Assembly: GCA_008369845.1 (NCBI GenBank) | Contig: MRSU01000017.1 | Coordinates: 1 to 39,902 of the forward strand | Direction: 5' to 3' | Length of the DNA stretch: 39,902 nt | Origin: Trichomonas gallinae | Lineage: Eukaryota | Shown here: in pieces, positions 18,989-29,240 of the stretch | How positions within the stretch are numbered: position 1 is the first letter of the stretch | Layout: each line of letters starts with the position of its first letter | Made by a program: the position numbers and the translations under genes | Notes under the pieces: model-generated | Told to the model about the DNA's origin: nothing | What the model saw: the letters and a program-made list of their open reading frames with translations, nothing else | The model's database searches: none

Positions 18989-20356
18989 ATGGATTATAAA
19001 GAACCTGATGACTTTCAGGAATTATATCAGGATGAGGACCCTAAAAAGACTAATCAGCTTATTGTGCGGATAGGAGACCAAAATATAGATATTAGTTTAT
19101 ATTATAACCAATTAATTAATTCAATTGATTCTCAAAACACAGATGATACTGTTAAAACATTAGAAATATTAACAGATATATTTTCGAATAATCCCCCTGT
19201 TGATGCACTCAGTTATTTATTAATGAAAATTCCAGAAACTTTAATCCACTGTTTGAGCGTGAATATCCCGCAAGAAGTTGTTTTAAATGTTATGAAATTT
19301 ATCAATGTAATAATAAAGACGAACAAAAAGGACTTTATTGATAGATTATTTGAAGAAAATCTTCCTGGTCATTTAATGGAACTCCGTGAGCATTTACAAG
19401 GAGAAATGCTTGATGTATATCTAAATATAGTATATTCGATTGCACATTTAACAAGAAGGAATATTGATGTAATAGCAGACATGGTTCCCAATGATTTCTT
19501 TATGGCACACATCAATGATTCACCAGAAATCCAAAGATCGCTTTGTTCTATATTATTCGCATTCAAAAATGTTTCTAATTTCAAAACTATGATAGATCAA
19601 CTGATTGACATAATTTCAGGGCTGGTCGCAGTTGTTGATGAAGAGTGTGCATATATGCTGATATCTACACTGAATTGTATGGGATTAAAATTTGTTTCAG
19701 AATCATATGTTGCAACTTTGATTGAAAAAGAGCTGATCAACTTTGGCTTACAATTTTTAGAGCATGAGGACATAAAGAAAGTCGAAATATCAGCAAATTT
19801 TTTAAGTGTGATTTGTATCAATGGATTCCAAACAGATTCTGATGATATGAAGAGAATAGATAATTTACTGATATCGGAAGATTTAAACAGAAGGAAAATA
19901 GCTTTAGACACATTACACGAGATTGTTCAAACAAAAGATGTTTATGCGAACAGATTTGCAGCGAATCAAGATCTTATACATCATATTATCATTCTTCTAA
20001 GTGAATCTGACTTTGAATTTAAATACTCAGCCGCTTGTTTTTTGTGCGGATTAATATATAACTGCGGACAAGAGTTTTTGACTTTAATTAGTGATATAGA
20101 ATGGCTGCCTCAGATGCTAAGTCTGTTTGATTCTGGACAAAACATGGACTTTAATGAACAATTCGCTGAAAGTATTTTAGTTGGATTCCAAAGAATAACT
20201 GATCCAGGGCTGCTTAATCATTATATGGAAGAATTCATGGAAAACAATGGAGATGAAATGTTTGCTGAAATGGAATTCGAAAACGGAGAACTTCCAAATT
20301 ATACGAATTCTTTCTTAGCAAAATTTGTTGATAAGGATGAGTCATCAACAGAATAG
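18989..20356 (+). CDS. ARM/HEAT-repeat (importin-alpha-like) helical protein
   Basis: All-helical and acidic, with ARM-like motifs such as SDFEFKYSAACFLCGLI. The first ATG is at 18989; the track start is TTG inside the motif array. Confidence 0.7.
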   Translation: MDYKEPDDFQELYQDEDPKKTNQLIVRIGDQNIDISLYYNQLINSIDSQNTDDTVKTLEILTDIFSNNPPVDALSYLLMKIPETLIHCLSVNIPQEVVLNVMKFINVIIKTNKKDFIDRLFEENLPGHLMELREHLQGEMLDVYLNIVYSIAHLTRRNIDVIADMVPNDFFMAHINDSPEIQRSLCSILFAFKNVSNFKTMIDQLIDIISGLVAVVDEECAYMLISTLNCMGLKFVSESYVATLIEKELINFGLQFLEHEDIKKVEISANFLSVICINGFQTDSDDMKRIDNLLISEDLNRRKIALDTLHEIVQTKDVYANRFAANQDLIHHIIILLSESDFEFKYSAACFLCGLIYNCGQEFLTLISDIEWLPQMLSLFDSGQNMDFNEQFAESILVGFQRITDPGLLNHYMEEFMENNGDEMFAEMEFENGELPNYTNSFLAKFVDKDESSTE

Positions 20357-20847
20357 AGATAAATGTTTGGTAAAATCAACTGAGTTTATTTGTTAAAATA
20401 CAAAAATATTAAATATCAAAAAATTATGAGATATACAGTGTAATTTTCCATTAATAGAATATAATAAGAATAAACAATCATAATGTTCTAAAATATATAC
20501 TTAAAATTAAATACTGATCGAAATATTAATCTTATTTTGATTTTTCATGTGATAATAGTATAATTTAATCACAGTACATGCTATTTTACGAATAGTCTAT
20601 CATAGAAATAGTAATTATTTAGAATGAAATAGATTATTTATTGAACAACAATAAATTTTAATGTATATTTTGATTATATCGTAAAATATTATAAATAATT
20701 TGATGGTTGTTTACGAATACTATTATAATATTCTAAATATTACATCGAATATATGATATTGATTGTTTTAAATTTTATTTTCAATATTTGAAGAAAGCTG
20801 CGGAGTTATGAAATAGTTAAAATAAATTTTAGTACAAAAGCGAGAAA

Positions 20848-21999
20848 TTATAGCGTATAAACAACATTTGCTGCTGGATGAAGCAAATTCAAATAATTTC
20901 CATTCTTTTCAAGCGCCTCTTTGATAGCTTTTTGAACTGGCTCCTCATAATGGTCGATTTGATCGTATAAATAGTTATTAATTAGCCTAACAAAATCATC
21001 ATTATTTGATCCTGATTTTGTAGTCTCAAGAATGTAGTCGAGTGGTGTTTTTGGAGACACTTCTGCTTCAGGGTCATCAGATTTTGGCGAATCTTGCTCG
21101 AAAATAAGCTGTGGATACTTTTGAAGCAATAAAATGAAAATCTTTTGTGATTTCCTCATTACAGCGTAATGCATGATATTCCTTCCAACGTCATCTGTCT
21201 TTAGTACCATCTTATCAAGGTTCTTTTCGATCTTTCTTGTCGTAGATGCATCCCACGTCTGGTTTTTGATAAATGGCGTCCTAAGATCAACAGAGAACTT
21301 AAAGTCGCCCTTCGTAATGAGCTCGGGAGCTGGATCGTCAACAACATCGATGCGTGTTTGCTGGTCAGCTGATCTCGCACTGTGAGAACTTGCGCACGAT
21401 CTTCCTGAATCCAATGCTTCTAATGCGCAAATCGCTTGGCTGTAATAGAGGTATTTTGCGAGCTCAATTGGTGTCATTTTGTCGTTGTTGCGCATTGATT
21501 TGAGCTCTGGGTTTTGGCTGAGAAGATAATCCATTGTTGTTGCTGCTTTCGACAAAATTGCGATATGAGCAAGATTGTTTCCATCATGATCGATGTAATC
21601 AAATGGAAAATCATACTCTTCGTGTAATCTTTGTACTAAATACGGATTATGTTTTTCAATTGCCAAAAGGAGAGCATTTCTGCCGGTTTTGAGCTGCCTT
21701 GCCTCGTCCTGCACTTCGTAATAGTAATCAGCGTTGCCCATTGGCGACGTTGGAGTTCGATAAAGGATGTTATCTTGAGGCGATACGAGAATGAAATAAG
21801 GGTTCGCACCCTTTTTCTTGAGTAATTCGAGATGTTGAGAATTTCCTGACATAACAGCAAACAAAAATGGATTTGTTCCATAAAATTCGTGTAAATGGAA
21901 ATTGTCATCATTTGGGACGAGAATGCTGTTGATATTTTCCTCGTCTATGTCCTCTTCTGTCAGCGTGTTGTCATAGATTCTCTCGAATATCTCATCCAT
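20848..21999 (-). CDS. Ankyrin-repeat protein
   Basis: NPFLFAVMSGN, GRNALLLAIEKHN, DGNNLAHIA, MTPIELA and VGRNIMHYA. Confidence 0.88.
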   Translation of the reverse strand: MDEIFERIYDNTLTEEDIDEENINSILVPNDDNFHLHEFYGTNPFLFAVMSGNSQHLELLKKKGANPYFILVSPQDNILYRTPTSPMGNADYYYEVQDEARQLKTGRNALLLAIEKHNPYLVQRLHEEYDFPFDYIDHDGNNLAHIAILSKAATTMDYLLSQNPELKSMRNNDKMTPIELAKYLYYSQAICALEALDSGRSCASSHSARSADQQTRIDVVDDPAPELITKGDFKFSVDLRTPFIKNQTWDASTTRKIEKNLDKMVLKTDDVGRNIMHYAVMRKSQKIFILLLQKYPQLIFEQDSPKSDDPEAEVSPKTPLDYILETTKSGSNNDDFVRLINNYLYDQIDHYEEPVQKAIKEALEKNGNYLNLLHPAANVVYTL

Positions 22000-22167
22000 G
22001 ATTTACACAAAAAAAAAATATACGTTAGAATGATTTATATGCATTAAAATCTTGTTTTATAATAACAATAGTCATCTTATAGTTGAATAAAGCAAACTAT
22101 TGAGGAAAAATCAAAATTCAACTGTTTTGACAAACAAAATAAGGAATGATTCTTCATCGCATTTATT

Positions 22168-22597
22168 TTTAACTTAACTATATTAAATATAACATCATAA
22201 ACTCTATATGGATCTAATATATAAATCATAACCGATATATTGCATTTTCATTTCAAAAATTAAATCAAATCATGTTTTAGTATCATATATATACTATATT
22301 ATCTGTTAAATAATACTCTTAAGCTAACATTTTGCAATTTTATAATACGCTCAAACCTATAATCATTGTTTTTTATACCAAATTGATTTCATTATTGCAG
22401 TACAAGTTAAATAATGCATTTTCTTTAATATTTAACATATAAATTGTTATTTTAGAATTCATAAATACGTTCAAATTCAGAATTCAAAATTAAGTTTAAT
22501 ATTTATAAAATATTTGAAGAATAGATATAATTAATATAAAATATAATTGATTTGATGTATATCCTATTATTTTAATTTTGTTATATTCCATTATTCG
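22168..22597. repeat. ~430-bp direct repeat, copy 1
   Basis: Colinear with 24147-24578 from TTTAACTTAA to CCATTATTCG. A 40-bp core at 22329-22368 is identical to 24298-24337. Confidence 0.9.
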
Positions 22598-22631
22598 CAT
22601 CAAATGGATGGATTTCATTTCAAAATCTATT

Positions 22632-22879
22632 TTACATGACAAAAATTTCTTTTTGTATAAATTACATGGCAAATCTAAACCATATTGTCAAATTTATAAT
22701 TACATGACAAAGAATATGTTTTGTATAAATTACGTGACAAAAATTAATTGAAAAATACATTACATGACAGAATAGCAAAAATTCTGGTCAAAATTTATTT
22801 TACATGACAAAGATTATTTTTTGTATGAATTACATGACAGAATAGCAAAAATTGAGGTCAAAATGGTCATTACGTGTCA
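22632..22879 (+). repeat. Array of eight TTAC(A/G)TG(A/G/T)CA motifs in 30/40-bp units
   Basis: Motif starts at 22632, 22662, 22700, 22730, 22760, 22800, 22830 and 22870. Confidence 0.92.
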
Positions 22880-22941
22880 AAAATTGTAATGTAAATTTCG
22901 GTATATTTGAGATATCGAATTCTATCGTCAAATTTATCGAC

Positions 22942-23988
22942 ATGTCGGAGCTTACTTGGGACAGCCTGAATAGCTTCGTGAACACTGACCTTATTAATCC
23001 ATCCAAAATCCATCACGAGCATAAAGAGCGAATGCTGCGCTCAAAATACGATAATATCTCCGTTCATGTGAAAATCGATAAGTACGAATACGTCTACAGT
23101 CGTTTCAATCTTTCTAGATACCTTCTTGCATGTCAAGTGCCAACGAGTATCGCGCTCGATATTCCAAGGAAGATCAAAAAAGATCTGATTGATTCGAAAC
23201 AGTATGAAGTTACTCAGGATGAGTTGACAGCAATGGTCTTCGATAGACTCTCCAAAGTTGACGGAAGTGAAATCCTTCAGCAAAGATTTAAATTAATACA
23301 AAGATTTAATCTCGAAAGAGTGCCTTTAATCATTTTGATCACAGGCACCGGTTTCATCGGTAAACCATCTCTCGCTTTTCAGTTAGGAGAACGCTTGAAC
23401 ATTTCCACAATTTTACAGACAAGTATCGTAAACTCATTGACCAACGGTACAAACGACCACATGAATTCCAAATTCTGGAACACAGCATATTCTTCTAGTG
23501 AAGAATTCATTCATACATATCAAACAGACTGTAATATCGCAATTTCTGGTATTGCCGGCGATATCACGAAAACTTTAACAGATGGAAAGCCTTTGATTAT
23601 CGAAGGCATTCACTTGGATCCAACGAATTTCTTGAAATTGTGCGGTGGAAATTCTTTGATTCCATTGGATTGCTTCCATGTCGAAGGAATGGGAAAGATT
23701 GCCAACGGAAAAATGGGCTTTATCCTTCCAATCCTTGTTACGAAGCCAAAGCCAATAATCGACGAATCTATCAGATGCCAATTATTATCATCTAACAGTA
23801 AGATCAATACTGGTGATAGAATTGTGCAGATTCAGCACAACGCACACAAACTGCAGGAACTTTTGACATCAAAATTCCCAGCGCAATATATTATTGATAT
23901 CTCTTCGATCACAGACGCAATTGAGAGAATTCATACAATTTTCTTAACTGAGCTCGACAAGTTTTATGCATCGGAGGATTCCAAATAG
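22942..23988 (+). CDS. 2-phosphoglycerate-kinase-like P-loop NTPase with an N-terminal ATP-cone-like region
   Basis: SKYD...YVYSRFNLSR...KKDLID...VTQDEL and RVPLIILITGTGFIGKPSLAFQLGERLNISTILQT, then DGKPLIIEGIHLDP, match the archaeal 2PGK/plant LPA1-related family. The first ATG is at 22942. Confidence 0.82.
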   Translation: MSELTWDSLNSFVNTDLINPSKIHHEHKERMLRSKYDNISVHVKIDKYEYVYSRFNLSRYLLACQVPTSIALDIPRKIKKDLIDSKQYEVTQDELTAMVFDRLSKVDGSEILQQRFKLIQRFNLERVPLIILITGTGFIGKPSLAFQLGERLNISTILQTSIVNSLTNGTNDHMNSKFWNTAYSSSEEFIHTYQTDCNIAISGIAGDITKTLTDGKPLIIEGIHLDPTNFLKLCGGNSLIPLDCFHVEGMGKIANGKMGFILPILVTKPKPIIDESIRCQLLSSNSKINTGDRIVQIQHNAHKLQELLTSKFPAQYIIDISSITDAIERIHTIFLTELDKFYASEDSK

Positions 23989-24146
23989 ATTTAATAATGT
24001 TTTGATTATAACATTTTTTTGTAATTTTTGATCTTTAATGTAAATTATACTATATTCATATATTTCAAGAATACACAATACTAAATGATTCTAAATTTAT
24101 GAAAAAATGAACACAATTCGATCTGAAATTTGAACATATGAATATA

Positions 24147-24578
24147 TTTAACTTAAATATATTAAATATAACATCACAAACTTGATATGGATTTAAAATA
24201 TAAATCACAATCGAGATAATACATTTTAGTTGTAAAAAATAAATTATAACATCATATATATACTATATTAACTATAAATTAGTTATATTGAGTTAATATT
24301 TTGCAATTTTATAATACGCTCAAACCTATAATCATTGATTAGATTCAAAATCAAAAATCGAATTGATTTTATCATCGTAATCTAAGTTAAATAATGCATT
24401 TTACATAATATGTAACACTTATTTTGTTATTTTAGAATGCATAAATATGTTCAAATTCAGAATCCGAAATCAAATTTTAATATTTATCAACTATTTGGAG
24501 ATTATATATATTAGATATCAAATATAATCAATTTTACTTATATTCTATTATTTTAATTTTGTTATTTTCCATTATTCG
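24147..24578. repeat. ~430-bp direct repeat, copy 2
   Basis: Colinear with 22168-22597. Confidence 0.9.
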
Positions 24579-24629
24579 TTGATTTATTGAAGTTTTTTTA
24601 ACTCTTGTGAACGTTTAGAGATTTTAATA

Positions 24630-26021
24630 ATGATTTCTAGTGCGAATGATAATGTAACAGAGGAAAATGACGTTGAAGAAAACATCAAAAACATGGAAAA
24701 GGAATACGTTGCATTAATCAAAGCAATTGGAGATGAAAATCTAAATTTGGATAAATTAAGAAAAGAAATCAGGCTCAAAAGACAAGATTATCTCGAGCAT
24801 AAGTTCAAAGTGCAGCGGAGAAGGATTAAATTAAAACGTTTACAAGATTATTATGAATCAACTTCAAATGCTTTTAATGAATTAAAAATAGTTACAAATG
24901 AAATTGCATCTTTACGTGCACAGCTTAATTTATTATCTGTAGGCAACCAAAAAACAATAAATTATGATGATGAATTAATATTACGCGAAAAATATAGGCA
25001 ATATCATGATTACCTCAGTGAATTACAATATAGAAAACGATGTGCAATGTCTGTACTCGAAAAACCACTTCAATCAGCCATTGTTGAAGAAATCATTTCA
25101 AATCAACTCGATGATGAAATAGAATTTAATACTTCTATGACAGAAAGTATTGTAGTAGACCATGACTATCTGTCAGAGTTCCGGCAAATAGAAGAACTCG
25201 TTCAAGAAAATGACATTAGAAGATCATCTCTCGAACAAAGAGCTCAATTATTGAAAGAAGAGTGTAATAAGTTCAAAGCTATCAAATTCAAGAAGCAAGC
25301 ACCACCAAAACTCAAAGATTTCTCAGTAACAATAAATTACACAGCAAATCTTACTTCAGCAGATAATGAAATTCAAGATATTATTACACTATTGAATTCC
25401 AAACGTCAAAAACTGAAAGCATTTAAAGCAAAGACAAAAACACTGGAAGAGAAGCACAAAGAAACAAGAATTGAAGTTGAAGATAAATATAACCAAAAAA
25501 GTAAAATGATCAAAAGATTCAACAAGAGAATTGAAGCGATAGGAATCATTGAAGACACCATCAAAGACCTGATGCCGAAAAACCAAGTCTTAAAGACGCA
25601 GCTCGCTGAGATTCTCATGGAAAAAGCAAGGCTTGAAAGGAGAATAGAAAACATTATCCGCGATCAAACACTTCACTCCAAGAAAGCTCAGCAACTCGAC
25701 GTTTTAAGGCAAAAGTATAACGATAGAAGAGAAGAATATGAGAACCATCAGTTATCTATCAAAGAGAGGTACGAGAAATATAATATACTATTGAAATATT
25801 ACAACGAAGAAGACGAGAAACTCAACAACTATGAAGAAACTGTTAAAGCATTAGAAAACGAAGTCAAATCGCTAGAAACTAACAACCTGAGCGCAATAAG
25901 GAAGGTGAATATATTCAAGTCAGATACAGGCTTTGTTATAGCAAACTATGCAGCTCTGCATAGGAATGATAGCGTCCCAACAATCGAAATCGGCTTGGAA
26001 AAAACTTTCGAAATTCAATAA
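24630..26021 (+). CDS. Coiled-coil hypothetical protein (463 aa)
   Basis: Long ORF rich in K/E/L/Q heptads. Stop forms TAAA. Confidence 0.82.
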   Translation: MISSANDNVTEENDVEENIKNMEKEYVALIKAIGDENLNLDKLRKEIRLKRQDYLEHKFKVQRRRIKLKRLQDYYESTSNAFNELKIVTNEIASLRAQLNLLSVGNQKTINYDDELILREKYRQYHDYLSELQYRKRCAMSVLEKPLQSAIVEEIISNQLDDEIEFNTSMTESIVVDHDYLSEFRQIEELVQENDIRRSSLEQRAQLLKEECNKFKAIKFKKQAPPKLKDFSVTINYTANLTSADNEIQDIITLLNSKRQKLKAFKAKTKTLEEKHKETRIEVEDKYNQKSKMIKRFNKRIEAIGIIEDTIKDLMPKNQVLKTQLAEILMEKARLERRIENIIRDQTLHSKKAQQLDVLRQKYNDRREEYENHQLSIKERYEKYNILLKYYNEEDEKLNNYEETVKALENEVKSLETNNLSAIRKVNIFKSDTGFVIANYAALHRNDSVPTIEIGLEKTFEIQ

Positions 26022-26579
26022 AGCATCTGTTTGTATTTTTATTATAGCAACAACATGAATTTAACCAAATACTCAATTTTATCCCATGATATCAAAATTA
26101 ATTTTTCTAAATATGATATAAAATGTATTTGTTATATCAAGAGTTAGAACTAGAAAGATGATATAAGTCATATCCTCGCTATATATTATCATTTTTGATG
26201 TATCATTAAAAAATATCAATATAATATATAAAATTGTAGTTTTAATAAGATAAACATCCATTCTTATATATAGGATAATCTATAATTTAAATATCTTTCA
26301 AATAGGTAGATAGGAAAATGAAAAACGATATTGTTGCAATAACATACACTGTTTATTCATAGATCCTATGAGTATCATATAGAAAATTACATGAAAAATA
26401 GTTTCGGATGCAAAACAATTATCATAATCGAATTGATTGAATGAATATATTAGAATTAAATCAATGTTGGTAAAAATGGCCCATATTTTTAGAATAAACT
26501 TCCTATGAGTATAGAATCTTATTGATGCTATTTAAATTGCGAAAAACAATGAATTTAAAAATGATGGGTTTTGGAGTAA

Positions 26580-26596
26580 AAAGTGACAAATTCATA
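26580..26596 (+). promoter_or_regulatory. AAAGTGAC motif plus Inr-like TCATA
   Basis: AAAGTGAC at 26580-26587 and TCATA at 26592-26596, just upstream of ATG 26602. Confidence 0.55.
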
Positions 26597-26601
26597 CGTT
26601 T

Positions 26602-26829
26602 ATGGAGAATAAATTTAATATGAATACGCAGTGTTTTGCGAATGAAAACGTAGATATGTCTAACAGACAGTGCACATTCACAAAACCACGTATTAACACG
26701 AAAGCTCCTGCCCCTAAACCGATGAACACATACTCATTGGTAAATACAATTCACCCAAGCTTTTACTCTACGCAGCCAAAAAACCAATACGATGTTTCTC
26801 CGGAATTGTTACGAAAACTCATGCAATAG
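26602..26829 (+). CDS. Small hypothetical protein (75 aa)
   Basis: Higher GC than the flanks, canonical core-promoter motifs upstream, T-rich 3' region. Confidence 0.55.
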   Translation: MENKFNMNTQCFANENVDMSNRQCTFTKPRINTKAPAPKPMNTYSLVNTIHPSFYSTQPKNQYDVSPELLRKLMQ

Positions 26830-27208
26830 ATTTCATTGCAATAGTATGATTTTCCTTATTTTTTGTATTTTATTATTGTTTATTGTTATTACTGTCAAAT
26901 AAATGTTATTGTTTTGATTTTGATCGCACAATTACTTATCATTTCATATGATTATGTATTGATTGGTTCAATCTAAACGTATGAAATATTACTTCGTAAA
27001 AGAAACGATTTTAAGCATATTGATGATGAAAAACACTTCATGTTGAGGATTTCTATAATGTATTCATGTTTGAATGAAATGATTAAATAATTATCAGAGA
27101 AGAAATAATAAAATTTATAACAACAATAACTATAAGCGGGATATACGATAGATTTGAGTATTAACCGCTGCTGAAAATATGATCGAGATGATTCGATGAT
27201 AATATATC

Positions 27209-27793
27209 TTAAATCATAGGTGCAATAAATCCATGTAACTCAATTTGGTTAATACTGTATGTTGGAGTATCAAAATAGTCTGCATCTGTTTGTCTGATTT
27301 GAATTGCACTGAAAAAATTTTCTGTATTGATAGTTGCGAAGAAAAATCCTTTTGTACTGTTTCCGCAACTAATATAATTTGCATATCTAACTTCATCGAG
27401 GAGAATCCAATTACCATTTGAATCCAATCCTTTTATAACGAATGAGTTTATGTTCTGATTTTTCAAGTCATCGATTTTTATTGCATATGCGGTTGGTCTA
27501 ACTCTTTCTCTATGCAAATGAATTTCTATGGATTGTAAAATATCAGTTTGAATGGCAGTTTCGTCATTAAATATGATTTTTAAGGCATCTTTATTGCCAT
27601 CTTTGTTCCTTGAAAAGACTTTCAATTGAGATTGAATATCAAAAATTTTTTCTGCTCGATAATTTTGTATCATTGAATGGAAAACACCTTGGAAATAGCG
27701 CTCATAATAATCTTTGTTAATATTTCTAAACAGAGGATCTTCTGGTACCATTCCAAAATATTGAATATTTTCCATTATATTTTTTGCCATCAT
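27209..27793 (-). CDS. F5/8 type C (discoidin/galactose-binding-like) domain protein
   Basis: VRPTAYAIK, SFVIKGLDSNGNWILLDE, FFSAIQIRQT and INQIELHG fit the parabasalid F5/8-like pattern. The start is uncertain. Confidence 0.65.
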   Translation of the reverse strand: MMAKNIMENIQYFGMVPEDPLFRNINKDYYERYFQGVFHSMIQNYRAEKIFDIQSQLKVFSRNKDGNKDALKIIFNDETAIQTDILQSIEIHLHRERVRPTAYAIKIDDLKNQNINSFVIKGLDSNGNWILLDEVRYANYISCGNSTKGFFFATINTENFFSAIQIRQTDADYFDTPTYSINQIELHGFIAPMI

Positions 27794-27829
27794 GTCAAAA
27801 ATATAAAAAAATCTGACACATGTTATATC

Positions 27830-28217
27830 ATATTAGGCGCAAGATTATCTGTTGGACTCTTATTTAATATATTATTGTGGGTATTCCTAATTAAATTCTG
27901 GATATGGAGCAAATTCATGTATGGAGTGTCTGTGGCACTGAATCTAAATAATTTTGACATTTTATTAATATTGACAAATGTCAAAAAAAAAATTCGCATT
28001 TTTAATCTTCTCGACAAGTGTCAAATTATGGTGCAGAAATACGTGTTGGACATCTATTATATTTATCATTGTGGAAATATCTACTTATATTCTGAATACG
28101 GGGCAAATTCATGTATGGAGTGTCTGTGGCACTAACTCTAAATAATATTTGACAATTTCAAAAATTTGACATGTATCAAAAAAAATTTGATAATTTTAAT
28201 ATTTTTGACAAGTGACA
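27830..28217. repeat. 194-bp tandem duplication filling the divergent promoter region
   Basis: GTTGGAC at 27851/28045, GCAAATTCATGTATGGAGTGTCTGTGGCACT at 27909/28103, and GACAAGTG(T/A)CA at 28013/28207. Confidence 0.9.
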
Positions 28218-28220
28218 GAA

Positions 28221-29057
28221 ATGCTTCGTCGTCTTGATATATTTCCGAAATTAAGAGATGGCGAAAGCGTTAAGACCTCTGTTGGTGGTCTTATCACTAT
28301 TTTATCTTGTCTCTGCTTAATTTACAATGTTTATACTGAGCTCGTTATATATAGACCTAAAAGTAAAGTCACAGAACTTTCATCAAATAAAATACAGTTG
28401 CCTAATAGATTACCGTTCGAAATTGATATGTATGTTTGGAATGATTGCGAAAATTTGCACATTGATTTCATGAATATCAAAAGAACAGCATATCTCGAAG
28501 CAAAATATACTGAAAAAGACTTTAAACAAATCGAAAACTTTTGCTATATAGTTGCAAAAGGTACAATTCCAACAGCGCCAGGAAGTGTTCATTTTGGTCT
28601 TGGAAAAAATGCTGAATACAAGCAAGGTGAGCATTCACATCAGTATCTTACTGTGAAGAATACAAATTTGTCTCATAGAATCAGACTTTTCACTTTTGGA
28701 AATTTCTCGATCGATTCTCCTTTATATAGATATGCTGTTAATATACCAAAACCTGAAGTATATATGGTTAAATATGATCTTAATATGATTCCTATGATAA
28801 TTAACAAAACTGTTGGATTTCAGATTTTAGCAGATGTTTCCAAGACTAAAATGGAGAAGGTTGTGAATAAAGGAATATCTGGAATTGTTTTTGATTGGCA
28901 ATTTTCTCCTTTGCAACTTTCAGAAATTAATCAAAAGAATCCATTCATTTTCACGCTGTCGCGTATTCTTGGAATATTTGGTAGCTTCTTTATGCTTATT
29001 CGCTGGCTGGATAGATTAGTTTTCAAAATATTACTGAAATTAAGAAGACGAAAATGA
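28221..29057 (+). CDS. ERGIC/Erv41-Erv46 family COPII vesicle membrane protein
   Basis: LRRLDIFPK...KTSVGGLIT, NLSHRI..FTFG and GIVFDWQFSP...RILGIFGS, with two TMs. The first ATG is at 28221. Confidence 0.88.
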   Translation: MLRRLDIFPKLRDGESVKTSVGGLITILSCLCLIYNVYTELVIYRPKSKVTELSSNKIQLPNRLPFEIDMYVWNDCENLHIDFMNIKRTAYLEAKYTEKDFKQIENFCYIVAKGTIPTAPGSVHFGLGKNAEYKQGEHSHQYLTVKNTNLSHRIRLFTFGNFSIDSPLYRYAVNIPKPEVYMVKYDLNMIPMIINKTVGFQILADVSKTKMEKVVNKGISGIVFDWQFSPLQLSEINQKNPFIFTLSRILGIFGSFFMLIRWLDRLVFKILLKLRRRK

Positions 29058-29240
29058 AAAAAAATCATCATGTTCTATTATCTTGTTTATATTACATCAA
29101 TAAATCTATTTTGTAGTGAGAAATAATGCTAATATGAAATTTCCTATATGGAACCATTTTTTATACAATGATGAAAGAACATTAGTTTTGTTTGAGCATA
29201 CATGAACTATTTTTAAAACAAAAATATGGGAATGATAAAT

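Noticed and set aside
22632..22879. CRISPR-like repeat-spacer array
   Set aside because: The repeats are only 10 bp, the linkers are homologous to each other, the context is eukaryotic, and no cas genes are present.
22168..24578. LTR retrotransposon
   Set aside because: No TG...CA termini, PBS/PPT, gag/pol or TSD seen; kept only as direct repeats.
27020..27175. Box C-like TGATGA, an AGCGG/CCGCT stem and a downstream CTGA
   Set aside because: The spacing is long for a C/D snoRNA, no terminal stem or guide is recognisable, and such short motifs are expected by chance in AT-rich DNA.
27677..28135. ORFs 27677-28135(+) and 27823-28017(-)
   Set aside because: They run through the 194-bp non-coding tandem duplication. 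The minus ORF is out of frame with the F5/8 gene and ends in a stop.
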